Shown one piece after another: positions 27,445 through 36,085 of a stretch of DNA of 64,000 bases. The notes beneath the pieces are model-generated. The model was not told the origin of the DNA. It did not search any database and saw nothing but the letters and a program-made list of their open reading frames with translations. Within the stretch, counting starts at the first letter, position 1, and every line of letters starts with the position of its first letter. Made by a program: the position numbers and the translations under genes. Origin of the DNA: Giardia intestinalis (lineage: Eukaryota); assembly GCA_000002435.2 (NCBI GenBank), contig CM018790.1, one strand, 5' to 3'.

Positions 27445-27642
27445 TAGTATTTAAAAGCTGAATTTTTGTAAAACGAACAGTCATATGTATGAGATTTTTA
27501 TGAATAGTCGGAGTGTTTTTCAAAGTACAGAAGATATTTAGTCTCCTGTATATGGAAATTCAAGGATTGCCCACGCAATAATTTACAGCATGTGTAGCTG
27601 ATCAGCTACACATTGTCTTGAAGTAATTTGTGCGGCTGTAAG

Positions 27643-29472
27643 CTACTGCAGAAGGAGACGCCGCACAATACTGGAGCGGCTACTGCTCACAAAGGACCGG
27701 CGAACATCGACCGACAAAGGGGCCAACGAGGGAAACTCGTCTGCATTATCTGGCGGTATCACTGGTGGATCCATGAATCTAAGAAGACACGTGTTTGGAG
27801 ACGATTGCTTTTGGGTTTTCTCCCGCAGATAAGTGTCTGATGGGAGAGAGATGGCCCTCTTGCTCACATTCTGGAGAGAGTCTGGCCGTTCATGATTGAT
27901 TAGCTGTGGAGGATTTCTACGTCGCACCATGCCACCACTTGCCGGAGAAATTATGCCGTACTGATGCTCAGGGGGCACATAATGTTGGCCCTCAACACTA
28001 TGACCGCTTGTAGACAGCTCAGCTAGCTCCAACAAACTTTTCCTCTCTCGCAATACCCCTAGGTTCTCAGAGCCTGACAAAGAACTATGCGTGCTCCCTC
28101 TCTCAACAATACCATCAACAGGAGAAGTCGCTAAAAGCTTTCGAACAAATTCGGGAGCCACGTAGCTACTATCATTGTCGTCAAAGGATGGGTCTATCAA
28201 CGGATAGGCAGGAAGGCTGGCATGTTCTGGGGACATAATGACTTCCTGGTAGTCGTCATCGGTGATCTCAGCCTGCTCGTCATCAACCCTCTTCTGCTCG
28301 GTTCTCTGATTTCTAAAAGCCACCGCTGCCTGAAGTGAATGGACCATGTTGGTATTGCGACTCAAGTCATCGTTGACCGTATCCTGAAACGCGTCTAAAA
28401 TCCATCCGGAACTGTCTACTGACTTTTGAAAAACAGGAACAGCCTGATTGTTACTTTCATCATTGTTCTTAACGATATTCTCCGCCTCTCCGCTGACCAG
28501 TACAGTTGAAAGAGCGTCCAGTTTGTGAATCCTATGCTCCTCTTTATGCGACTGGACTTGAAGACGTGGGCTTCTGCGGGCTTTCTTCTCGTCGACCGGA
28601 GAGGTGTAGGCGGATACACCCGAGGAAGCAAAGTTACACACATAGAGATCCGGCTGACGCATGCACTGGGAGTCTGTGGTAAGGAGACCACTCTCAGTGT
28701 CAATGCATCGGATGACCCGTGCCCCTAGAAGGAGGCTTAGCGTACGCCTACTGTCAAACAAAAGCCGCTCCCCATACAGGTCCGAAAGGTCCATTCCTAA
28801 GTAGCCAATAGAATTGAAGCGCAATAGCTTTTGTACCAAAGAGAGTGTCATCATCGTGCGTGTGCCGCAAAGATTAATCATCTCCAAGAACAGCGTAGAG
28901 TGTACGTATGATGCTTTAAAGAGATTCTCCAGCAGATAGCAGACACCAGGAGTTGAGAAGGTGTTGCCGTGATAGCTAGGGACTTTCCGTTGCGTCTGCA
29001 TGAACAGCAGCCCAGAGTCGTCAGCCTCAAAGCAAACTGGCTGTAGTAGCGACTTTATTCGGAGGAGACTCACGGTGGAGTCGTGAGAGAATGAGTGGAG
29101 GCTATAAATGCAGTTTCCTATGTTCAATCTTGTGATAGGGGGCCTGTTTTGAATAATGAAGAGAGCTAGGGAGGTAAGGGCCTTGTTGGTAAGCCTGTTA
29201 CATTCCAATGACAAATGTCTTATTCGCGCACGAGAAGGAGAAAATCGCAGCGCACCAAGCAGCTCTTCCAGCAAGGTATCTGTTATGCAGCATCGCACAA
29301 AGGAAAGCTGCTCTAGACGAGCGGATCCCTTGAGGATCTTCAAGAGTGGCCGTAGGGTGGAATGACTGAACGGCAGGTCTATGTCAGAAATGTATAGCTG
29401 CTTTACCTCAATGGGTTTTATCTTCAAATGCCCAAGTCCATCGCAAATGGCTCCGTTGACAAGATAGACCAT
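27643..29472 (-). CDS. Leucine-rich-repeat (RNI-like) protein
   Basis: The N-terminal half carries repeated LxxLxLxxCxIxD/N units (LEQLSFVRCCITDTLLEELLGAL...LSLECNRLTNKALTSLALFI...LNIGNCI). The C-terminal half is low-complexity and Ser-rich. ATG verified. Confidence 0.5.
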   Translation of the reverse strand: MVYLVNGAICDGLGHLKIKPIEVKQLYISDIDLPFSHSTLRPLLKILKGSARLEQLSFVRCCITDTLLEELLGALRFSPSRARIRHLSLECNRLTNKALTSLALFIIQNRPPITRLNIGNCIYSLHSFSHDSTVSLLRIKSLLQPVCFEADDSGLLFMQTQRKVPSYHGNTFSTPGVCYLLENLFKASYVHSTLFLEMINLCGTRTMMTLSLVQKLLRFNSIGYLGMDLSDLYGERLLFDSRRTLSLLLGARVIRCIDTESGLLTTDSQCMRQPDLYVCNFASSGVSAYTSPVDEKKARRSPRLQVQSHKEEHRIHKLDALSTVLVSGEAENIVKNNDESNNQAVPVFQKSVDSSGWILDAFQDTVNDDLSRNTNMVHSLQAAVAFRNQRTEQKRVDDEQAEITDDDYQEVIMSPEHASLPAYPLIDPSFDDNDSSYVAPEFVRKLLATSPVDGIVERGSTHSSLSGSENLGVLRERKSLLELAELSTSGHSVEGQHYVPPEHQYGIISPASGGMVRRRNPPQLINHERPDSLQNVSKRAISLPSDTYLREKTQKQSSPNTCLLRFMDPPVIPPDNADEFPSLAPLSVDVRRSFVSSSRSSIVRRLLLQ

Positions 29473-29567
29473 CTTGTATCACGCAAGGTGTCCGCGTTTT
29501 TTAATAAACTATTTGCAATTTATCGCTAAACTTGGTTCGCTTGAGCTGAGGCTTCGTTCTGTCTTGA

Positions 29568-30767
29568 ATGGGGCCACGATTCATGTTCACAAACCCAGGC
29601 TATTCGTCGCACACTGTAAAGGAAGAAAGTGCGATCGATGCTTGTTGCACGGCAGAGCTTTTACACAACGAAGATATAACTTCTCTCCCCGTAAAGGATC
29701 TCTGTGACTTCACCTCCAGGGAGCTTGAGAAGCCTCTTCTCTCCATACAAGACCTATCCATGAGCATGCAGCTATATTGGCTTTATTGTACGCTTGCTAT
29801 CATCAGCCCTCAAACAGCGGAGAAGTTTCACCAGAGTGTTGCCAACACGCTCCAATCTTGGGTTAGCCCTCACTCTAGCCTTGTGGCTCCACATAGCGGG
29901 TACCAAACGCATGTACTGATCATCTTTGGGGCTACACTATCAGCAGCAACTGCAAGACACTACAGCCTGATGAGTAGAGAAGTTGTGCGTTCCTATCTTA
30001 TCAGCTGTTTCAATAAGACGCTAGGCTGTTTCTGCAGTGACGATCAGTCTCAAGAGAATGACATGCGCGTGGCATATACATGCGTGTCTGTGGGGTACTG
30101 CTATAATTTACTAGAAGATAAAGCCCTATTTGGGGAACCACTCATTTCGTACTTTTTACAGGCTCAAGCATACGATGGGGGATCATGCTCAAACAATTTT
30201 GGCGGAGAATCACATGGTGCATACACGTTCTGCAGCCTTGCTGGCCTGTACATCCTTCTTGGGTGTTCCTCTGCTGCTCTTAGGGATAGGCTTGGAGAGC
30301 GGAGGGTTCTAGACCTCCTTCTATACATACACGCCAAGCAAACGAATCAGGGGGGCTTTGCGGGGCGTAACAACAAACTCGTTGACGGGTGCTACACATA
30401 CTGGATGATGGGCAGTCTATACCTTCTAGTAGGGGATGGGGAGTTCGAAGACTTCATGGTCATAGATGCAGACGCGCTCTATAAGTATGTGTTGCGCTGC
30501 TCCTATGATCGAGGGGCACCAGATGGAAAGAGGGGCATGAGGGACAAACCAGGAGTGCCTAGTGACGCGTATCACAACATGTACACCACTGCTGGATACC
30601 TAATACTATTGAGACTTGCTAGCTTGGACAAGGACAAGACTCGATATTCTCCTGAGCTTCTAGCTGAAGTGGAGGCTCAGAAAGAACTATTTATGCGGCA
30701 CGACCCCTTGTTTAACATCCCGGCAGGATCTGCAAGCGCCATGAGAAACTTTTTCTCTCTGCACTAA
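29568..30767 (+). CDS. Protein prenyltransferase beta subunit (FTase/GGTase beta)
   Basis: Prenyltransferase alpha-alpha toroid repeats, including GGFAGRNNKLVDGCYTYWMMGSLYLL (consensus GGFxGRPxKxxDVCYSFW) and GGSCSNNFGGESHGAYTFCSLAGL. ATG verified at 29568. Confidence 0.7.
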   Translation: MGPRFMFTNPGYSSHTVKEESAIDACCTAELLHNEDITSLPVKDLCDFTSRELEKPLLSIQDLSMSMQLYWLYCTLAIISPQTAEKFHQSVANTLQSWVSPHSSLVAPHSGYQTHVLIIFGATLSAATARHYSLMSREVVRSYLISCFNKTLGCFCSDDQSQENDMRVAYTCVSVGYCYNLLEDKALFGEPLISYFLQAQAYDGGSCSNNFGGESHGAYTFCSLAGLYILLGCSSAALRDRLGERRVLDLLLYIHAKQTNQGGFAGRNNKLVDGCYTYWMMGSLYLLVGDGEFEDFMVIDADALYKYVLRCSYDRGAPDGKRGMRDKPGVPSDAYHNMYTTAGYLILLRLASLDKDKTRYSPELLAEVEAQKELFMRHDPLFNIPAGSASAMRNFFSLH

Positions 30768-30780
30768 GGCCTGGGTCCAG

Positions 30781-33060
30781 CTAGTCCAACACATTAGACT
30801 TACTTCTTGCAGAACTATGGCGTGATGGCCTGGATGTTCTGGGAGTAGAAGACATATGGGATCGCTCTCGCTTATTCATAGCTTCCATCCGTTTTTGTAA
30901 GCGAGCAGCTTTTTGCTCCTCTGCACTGAGCCTCTGCCTTTTCTTCTCAAAGTTGATGAGATCGTCGAGCTCGTTATCCAGTTCGTCTCTGTAAGCTTTA
31001 CGTATTTGGTCCCATTCAGTTTGGTTGATGGCAGAGCCTCCTTCCCCGTCTTCATCATTGTAAATTACTCCTTCTCTATCTTCTGGAATAGCCAGTGTAA
31101 TCTGAGCCATGGGGTTTCTTGTCAGCCTACTTGCATGAGAGTGCGAGGAAATCCCTGAAACGGGTCTACTCCGGCCCTGGTTATTCAAAAGTTCTTGCCT
31201 GATGTGCATTAGGCGCCGAGTGGAAGATAACGTATCGTGTGTTCTATTGCTGGTAACAGACACCCCTGAACGTGCCGTTAAGGGCATTTCGTCGAAACTG
31301 GCGTTTCTGATGGACTCTGCAAGCTCAGTCACCATCGTGTTTTCCTGTATTTTACTAGTTATGTCAGAATTAGGCCTGTCCTCTTCCAAGTCATCTATCA
31401 GACCCAGCTGTGCATCTAAGCTATGGGTCAGTATTCGGTATTCCTCGACAGCGGCGAAATACTTGTACTTCAGAATGTAGTACACGAAGAAGATAATTCC
31501 CAGTGCGCCTACGACCCCCTCTCCCAGAGCAAGGATGAAACTGCAGTCGACATCGTCCTGAATGAAGCTAGAGGTTATTGAGACCATTACCATAGATGCT
31601 ACAGTTCTAGTCGTAGAAAGCACGCTGGAAATGGCTATCTTCTTTTCAATTGTAGAAAGAATAATAACAATGTAGTAGGGAGACATCCAAATGCAGGACA
31701 AAATTGCCATTTGGAAAAACTTTTGAAGACTGGGCAAATAGGATTGGAAAATTAGATAGTCCTCGGTGGAAAGAACGTTTTTCATGTTTGGCTGAAGAAA
31801 CGATATGAGCTGCTTTTGAAAGACCAGGGACACAGCAGCTAAGGCACCAGTAAGGACCGTGCTCCAAAGGGCTGTTGCCATCATTATTTCGCTAGCACGG
31901 CCATAGCGCTTGGTGGCTATATTGTAGGAGACAACTGCCGAAAATCCTTTAATAAAGGCTTCTGTGACTGAGCCGTATAGGTCAAGGAAGCGAGCGTAAG
32001 TAAGATAAGACGCCCTGCTGAGCTGGAGCTTATATTCAGACGTGTAATACTTTCCTAAAGATGCACTAGTGTTGATAAGGAGCATGCCCAATCTGGCAAT
32101 GCCAAAGTAGGGCCCAAGCGCCCCTAAAACAATCCCCAGAAACAGCTTCCAATTAAAAACAAAAGGGTCAGGCTTCTTATAGCAACAGGGATACTTGTAA
32201 AAGACACCTAAATTGAGCTTAAGTACTCCCTTGAGAGGCATATCCAAGATGCTTTTGCGAAACATTATAAACAGCATCCAAACAGCTACCAGAGAGTGTG
32301 CAGTGACAAAGCTCCATGCAGAGGCGTGTAAGATAAAGGTTCCTTCGGGATATACCATCTTGAAATAGAAGTAGTAAAGCTGGTCAAAGAGCACAAAGAG
32401 GATGGAGAGGGCGAGAGAGCGCATGATGTTCAGAAAGCAGCGATTCTCCGCAGCAAGGAAATTTCCAAACCCGATGCTAAAAGGAGTTAAGAAGACGCCC
32501 AGGCCGAACATTATCTTGTAATATGAACCAAATTCCGTTCCCCAGGTCAAGTCCACCCCTGAGAGTAATCGATGTCCTAACGGGACCATGATAGCGCAAA
32601 TCAGGACGGCCCAGAACATAGATGCAAGAACGTAGTGGCTGAAAATCACATTGGCCATGATGACTTTGTTGGCAGCCAAGGCAGGACTCAGCATGTTAAC
32701 TGCGACGCCTGCAAAGGCCTGGCACGGTACAATAACAAAGAGAAGGTCACTTCCATAGAGAATAGCCTGAGCACGGAGGCCTTCGAGTCCCGTATAAAAA
32801 ATGGCTATATTGTAGTCTGAAAAGTAGGCAACAGCGTTCAGAAGATTGGTGATAAGGTACGGTATGGATGTCCCCCAAAGAAGTGAACTTATTGGCTGAG
32901 TCCCAAGCCGCTCTATTGTGCTCTCGGTGGCAGACTTGACAGATCCCTCCTGCACAGTTTTACTACCACCTCCTGAGTCGTTCCGAGGATCAGCTGTACC
33001 AGGCGCCATAGGACCAGCCGAGCACTGGTCCTTCTGACCCGGTTGGCTTCTCTTAGACAT
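30781..33060 (-). CDS. Polytopic membrane protein, possibly a MOP/MATE-superfamily transporter, with a long C-terminal cytosolic coiled-coil tail
   Basis: About 12 predicted TM helices over roughly 500 aa with weak MATE-like spacing (…CQAFAGVAV…). These are followed by about 230 aa of charged, coiled-coil-like tail (EEQKAARLQKRMEAMNKRER). The track start at 33204 is GTG, so I used the ATG at 33060 (MSKRSQPGQ...). The family call is tentative. Confidence 0.4.
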   Translation of the reverse strand: MSKRSQPGQKDQCSAGPMAPGTADPRNDSGGGSKTVQEGSVKSATESTIERLGTQPISSLLWGTSIPYLITNLLNAVAYFSDYNIAIFYTGLEGLRAQAILYGSDLLFVIVPCQAFAGVAVNMLSPALAANKVIMANVIFSHYVLASMFWAVLICAIMVPLGHRLLSGVDLTWGTEFGSYYKIMFGLGVFLTPFSIGFGNFLAAENRCFLNIMRSLALSILFVLFDQLYYFYFKMVYPEGTFILHASAWSFVTAHSLVAVWMLFIMFRKSILDMPLKGVLKLNLGVFYKYPCCYKKPDPFVFNWKLFLGIVLGALGPYFGIARLGMLLINTSASLGKYYTSEYKLQLSRASYLTYARFLDLYGSVTEAFIKGFSAVVSYNIATKRYGRASEIMMATALWSTVLTGALAAVSLVFQKQLISFLQPNMKNVLSTEDYLIFQSYLPSLQKFFQMAILSCIWMSPYYIVIILSTIEKKIAISSVLSTTRTVASMVMVSITSSFIQDDVDCSFILALGEGVVGALGIIFFVYYILKYKYFAAVEEYRILTHSLDAQLGLIDDLEEDRPNSDITSKIQENTMVTELAESIRNASFDEMPLTARSGVSVTSNRTHDTLSSTRRLMHIRQELLNNQGRSRPVSGISSHSHASRLTRNPMAQITLAIPEDREGVIYNDEDGEGGSAINQTEWDQIRKAYRDELDNELDDLINFEKKRQRLSAEEQKAARLQKRMEAMNKRERSHMSSTPRTSRPSRHSSARSKSNVLD

Positions 33061-33339
33061 GCGGTTTTTTAATCCTTTGTGGTGTTCGCTCTGTATCAGC
33101 TTGCAGCATCGTTCTGTTAGAATGTCTTCTTGTAGACACTGGTTAGACTGTTGAACACTTTGACAGTTGGTGGATAATAGCCAGAGGTATAACTCAGGAA
33201 GCACTGCATCGTTCTAAATTGTGGGGTGATGCATCTGTTGACAGAATAGTATAAAACAATCCGCTTTGCATCGACTTACTCTTGTTCCACTAGGGTTGGT
33301 TCGCCAACTTTTGCCCGAGTAAATCCCTCACGCAGGCGT

Positions 33340-33755
33340 CACGCTAAGAACTTCCTCGCTTGTTCACCATCCGAAGCCAGGGAATCGAGGTTCGGACGTC
33401 ATACCATTCTGATGACAAAAGAAGAACCTCATGCTTCCTCCTCCAAGATGAGTGTAGGTGCAACGGAGAGCTTGAAGCCAGTGATGGCACTAATTCCTCG
33501 CCACGCTGGGCCGACGCTGGCCAGGATAATCGCCCGCTTGTCGAGATGGACCCACACGTGACCTATGTGAATCCCTCGACGGGTGGGTCGGAGAGGCCCT
33601 TGAGGGAATGCTTGGTTCGGATAAAAGTGGGTAGCGCTTCTGCCTGCCCATAACTGGTTGGAGGAAGGAACCCTAGAGGCACCGCGAGGAGCGGCAGCTT
33701 CCAGGGGAGGCGGGCATAGGAGTTCTTCCGCCGGAATCGAGGGCATCCGATCTTC
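33340..33755. repeat. Small inverted element, copy A. The core of about 245 bp (33513-33755) is near-identical to 40201-40443, and a diverged extension runs to about 33340
   Basis: The reverse complement of 33513-33755 matches 40201-40443 (verified over the blocks shown, e.g. tcgagatggacccacacgtgacctatgtgaatccctcgacgggtgggtcggagagg vs cctctccgacccacccgtcgagggattcacataggtcacgtgtgggtccatctcga). Beyond the core, 33340-33512 aligns to 40444-40616 with scattered mismatches and indels. Confidence 0.8.
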
Positions 33756-34157
33756 GGATTCTGGACTCTGCCTGGGAGCAAGGGGCCTGCCCTCGCTTGC
33801 CTCAACTGCCATTAAACTCTGATCTTACCCAGTGTACCGAAGCAAAATAAGGATGTCTGAGCAATTCCCACAAGCCACCAAACGTCCTCAGAAGCAAACA
33901 AGCCACGGAAACACGTTTTCTCTATATGGTTGGTTCTGGTGGCGCACTACCTGGACTGCTCTCCTCGCATCGATGCAGCTCGTCAAGAGCGAACACGGAA
34001 TATCGGGTGCGCCGTCCCCGGCCATGACGGTGTCAACGGCACTGTGCAGAGCACGCTCGGGGGCAGGGGAGCGGCCACCCCTGCTCCCGGTTGCAGGCTG
34101 GCTGGCGAAGTATACGAGGCGCACCCGCTTGTCAGGCAGCTGCACCACTAGTGACGC

Positions 34158-34172
34158 GTTTACTATCTAAGT
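34158..34172 (-). promoter_or_regulatory. Extended VSP polyadenylation signal ACTTAGATAGTAAAC (consensus ACTYAGRTAGTRAAY)
   Basis: The reverse complement of 34158-34172 reads ACTTAGATAGTAAAC, starting 2 nt after the VSP TAG stop. It contains the Giardia poly(A) core AGTRAAY. Confidence 0.8.
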
Positions 34173-34174
34173 AC

Positions 34175-36085
34175 CTACGCCTTTCCTCTACAAATAAACC
34201 ACCAGCAGAGGAAGCCGACGAGGCCCCCTACAACAACAATCACAGCAACGGAGATGCCTGCAATGGCGCCAGTGGAGAGCCCGCTCTTGTTCGTGCTTCC
34301 ACCAGTGCCACTGCCACTGCTGTCATCGTTCTTGACATAGCAAGTAACAGAGCCGCCATTGCCACCAGTTGGAGGGGCACAGCTTATGCAGTTCTCTACA
34401 CCAGTGATTGCGTTGGCACTAGCTCCGTCGCCTGCTGTGCACCTAAAGCACTTATTAGTAGAAAGATAATATCCAGAAAGGCAGGAAGAACAGGTCTGAG
34501 AACCGACGTTACCAGTACACTTCAAACAACCATCAGGGCATGTAGGACAGGCTTGTCCTTTGGGATCTGCTCCACTTGCTACGCACATAGTACACTTTCC
34601 GCCTACGGATAACGTGCATACAGAGTTGCCGGGGACCTTATTTGTATTATAGCATCCGCCCGATAACAGAGCGTAGTTTGCCCCACACTCAGTGCATTTC
34701 CCGCCACTTGCCTTACATCCGGAGGCATCCCTCGCTGTGCTGGCCACCTTAGTGCAAACGCCGTCGACTGGGGCGTACCCATCCTCGCACTGATCGCAGT
34801 ACTTCGAGCCTCCGACGTTCAGTGAGCAGCCGTCGGCCTTGCAGTGGGCCATAAAGTCTCCCGTGCACTCTTTTATGCACGTTCCTGCGTCACCAGACGA
34901 CCGACTCAGCACATACCCCGGATAGCAGGCCGTGCACGACGTTTCTGCGTTAGTACTACAGCTTGCGCATGTATTGTGACAGGAAGCGCAAATGCCGGTA
35001 CTGTCACGATTATCGGGATATGTGCCGGCAGGGCACTCCTCCAGACATGCATCATTAAGGGGGCTCAGTCTTTTGGTCTCACACCCAGAGCACGTAACCA
35101 TTGGACCTGCTCTTGCAGACGTTGCCTTGAGAGAGCATTTTGCACAATCCTCTATGCCACCATTGGCAGTATCGCTGCACTTAGCACACACCTTCTTGCC
35201 TTGTGCATCGGCTGTGGGGAAGAATCCATCCTTACACTCCTCTGCACTGACACAAGAGGCTGTCCCCGATTCTGTCTTCAGATACTTATCTGCCTGGCAC
35301 TCAGTGCACGTTGCAGGGCCGGCACTCTGTGGCTTAGTACACTTGGCGCATCCAGCGACGCCCTTCCAAGCACCAGATCCCTGAGTAGCATCTCCGCACG
35401 ATATGCAAGGGCCCTCGCTCCCCTCTGTTGCTAAGAAGTACGTCTCTGCCGTGCACGACTTGCACTTGCTGACTGTCCCGTCGGTGCAGGTCAGGCAGTT
35501 ATCTGCACATGCTGTACATGTCTTTCCTTTACTATTATCTACAAAGTATCCGCTCTCGCATGCTGTGCACGTGGCAGCCTTGGCGTTAGCATCGGCTGCT
35601 ACGTCAGGCGTGTCACACTGAGTGCAATGCGGCACGCCCTTATACTTGTGGTTGTTTTTAGCTGGTACTTCCTCCTCACTTCCGCACGGTATAGCAGACT
35701 GATGTGCATTATCTCTATCAGCATCGGGTGGCAGGAAGTATCCTTGCGCGGCTTGTGTGCACACTCCAGCAGCTGCTTGTGTACACGCTGCATTGCCAGG
35801 TTTAGTATCCTTTGAATAGCATCCTCCTTTGTACATGAAGGAGCTTCCCGTACACGTGGTGCACTTTCCTTCTGCCTTTGCATTACACACAGCGTTGTCT
35901 GTTGTGCACTTGCCGTCCGTCGGGGCAGACTCCGACCCACTATCATTGCATTGCGAGCAGTAGCTCACTCCCCCAATGGTGGCCCCGCATGTCTTGCAGG
36001 TCTCGGGACCGCCACCGGAGACGGGTGTGCACTCCTCTGTCGCCAGTTGAAGCGTGAGGCCGATCAGCAAAAATGCGTAGAACAT
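34175..36085 (-). CDS. Variant-specific surface protein (VSP), about 636 aa from the first ATG
   Basis: N-terminal signal peptide MFYAFLLIGLTLQLA, then many CXXC motifs (CTTC, CTAC, CTEC, CAKC, CSGC...), GGCY motifs (YKGGCYSKD, SGGCYNTN), a C-terminal TM helix, and the invariant tail CRGKA. The stop is followed by the canonical VSP poly(A) motif. The track start at 36313 is TTG; the first ATG is at 36085. Confidence 0.9.
   Translation of the reverse strand: MFYAFLLIGLTLQLATEECTPVSGGGPETCKTCGATIGGVSYCSQCNDSGSESAPTDGKCTTDNAVCNAKAEGKCTTCTGSSFMYKGGCYSKDTKPGNAACTQAAAGVCTQAAQGYFLPPDADRDNAHQSAIPCGSEEEVPAKNNHKYKGVPHCTQCDTPDVAADANAKAATCTACESGYFVDNSKGKTCTACADNCLTCTDGTVSKCKSCTAETYFLATEGSEGPCISCGDATQGSGAWKGVAGCAKCTKPQSAGPATCTECQADKYLKTESGTASCVSAEECKDGFFPTADAQGKKVCAKCSDTANGGIEDCAKCSLKATSARAGPMVTCSGCETKRLSPLNDACLEECPAGTYPDNRDSTGICASCHNTCASCSTNAETSCTACYPGYVLSRSSGDAGTCIKECTGDFMAHCKADGCSLNVGGSKYCDQCEDGYAPVDGVCTKVASTARDASGCKASGGKCTECGANYALLSGGCYNTNKVPGNSVCTLSVGGKCTMCVASGADPKGQACPTCPDGCLKCTGNVGSQTCSSCLSGYYLSTNKCFRCTAGDGASANAITGVENCISCAPPTGGNGGSVTCYVKNDDSSGSGTGGSTNKSGLSTGAIAGISVAVIVVVGGLVGFLCWWFICRGKA

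Noticed and set aside
33340-33755. Small inverted element as an rRNA or snRNA fragment
   Set aside because: I considered rDNA/LSU, 5S, SRP, U-snRNA and RNase P identities because of the GC-richness and hairpins, but I could not match any diagnostic motif from memory. It is left unassigned and not called as an rRNA feature.
33429-33812. The 127-aa and 94-aa ORFs (33429..33812- and 40172..40456+) sharing an 80-aa identical peptide (MPSIPAEELLCPPPLEAAAPRGASRVPSS...)
   Set aside because: The shared peptide only reflects the two copies of the small inverted element. Outside the element the two reading frames have different N- and C-termini and start codons. The peptide is Pro/Ala/Arg-rich, as expected from a GC-rich non-coding frame. 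I treat the element as non-coding, with low certainty.
34844-35621. Antisense ORFs inside the VSP genes (34844..35434+, 34992..35384+, 35403..35621+ and their mirror copies 48990..49767-)
   Set aside because: These are Cys/Ala/Ser-rich shadow frames that come from the codon bias of the Cys-rich VSP CDS on the opposite strand. They have no start context or domain.
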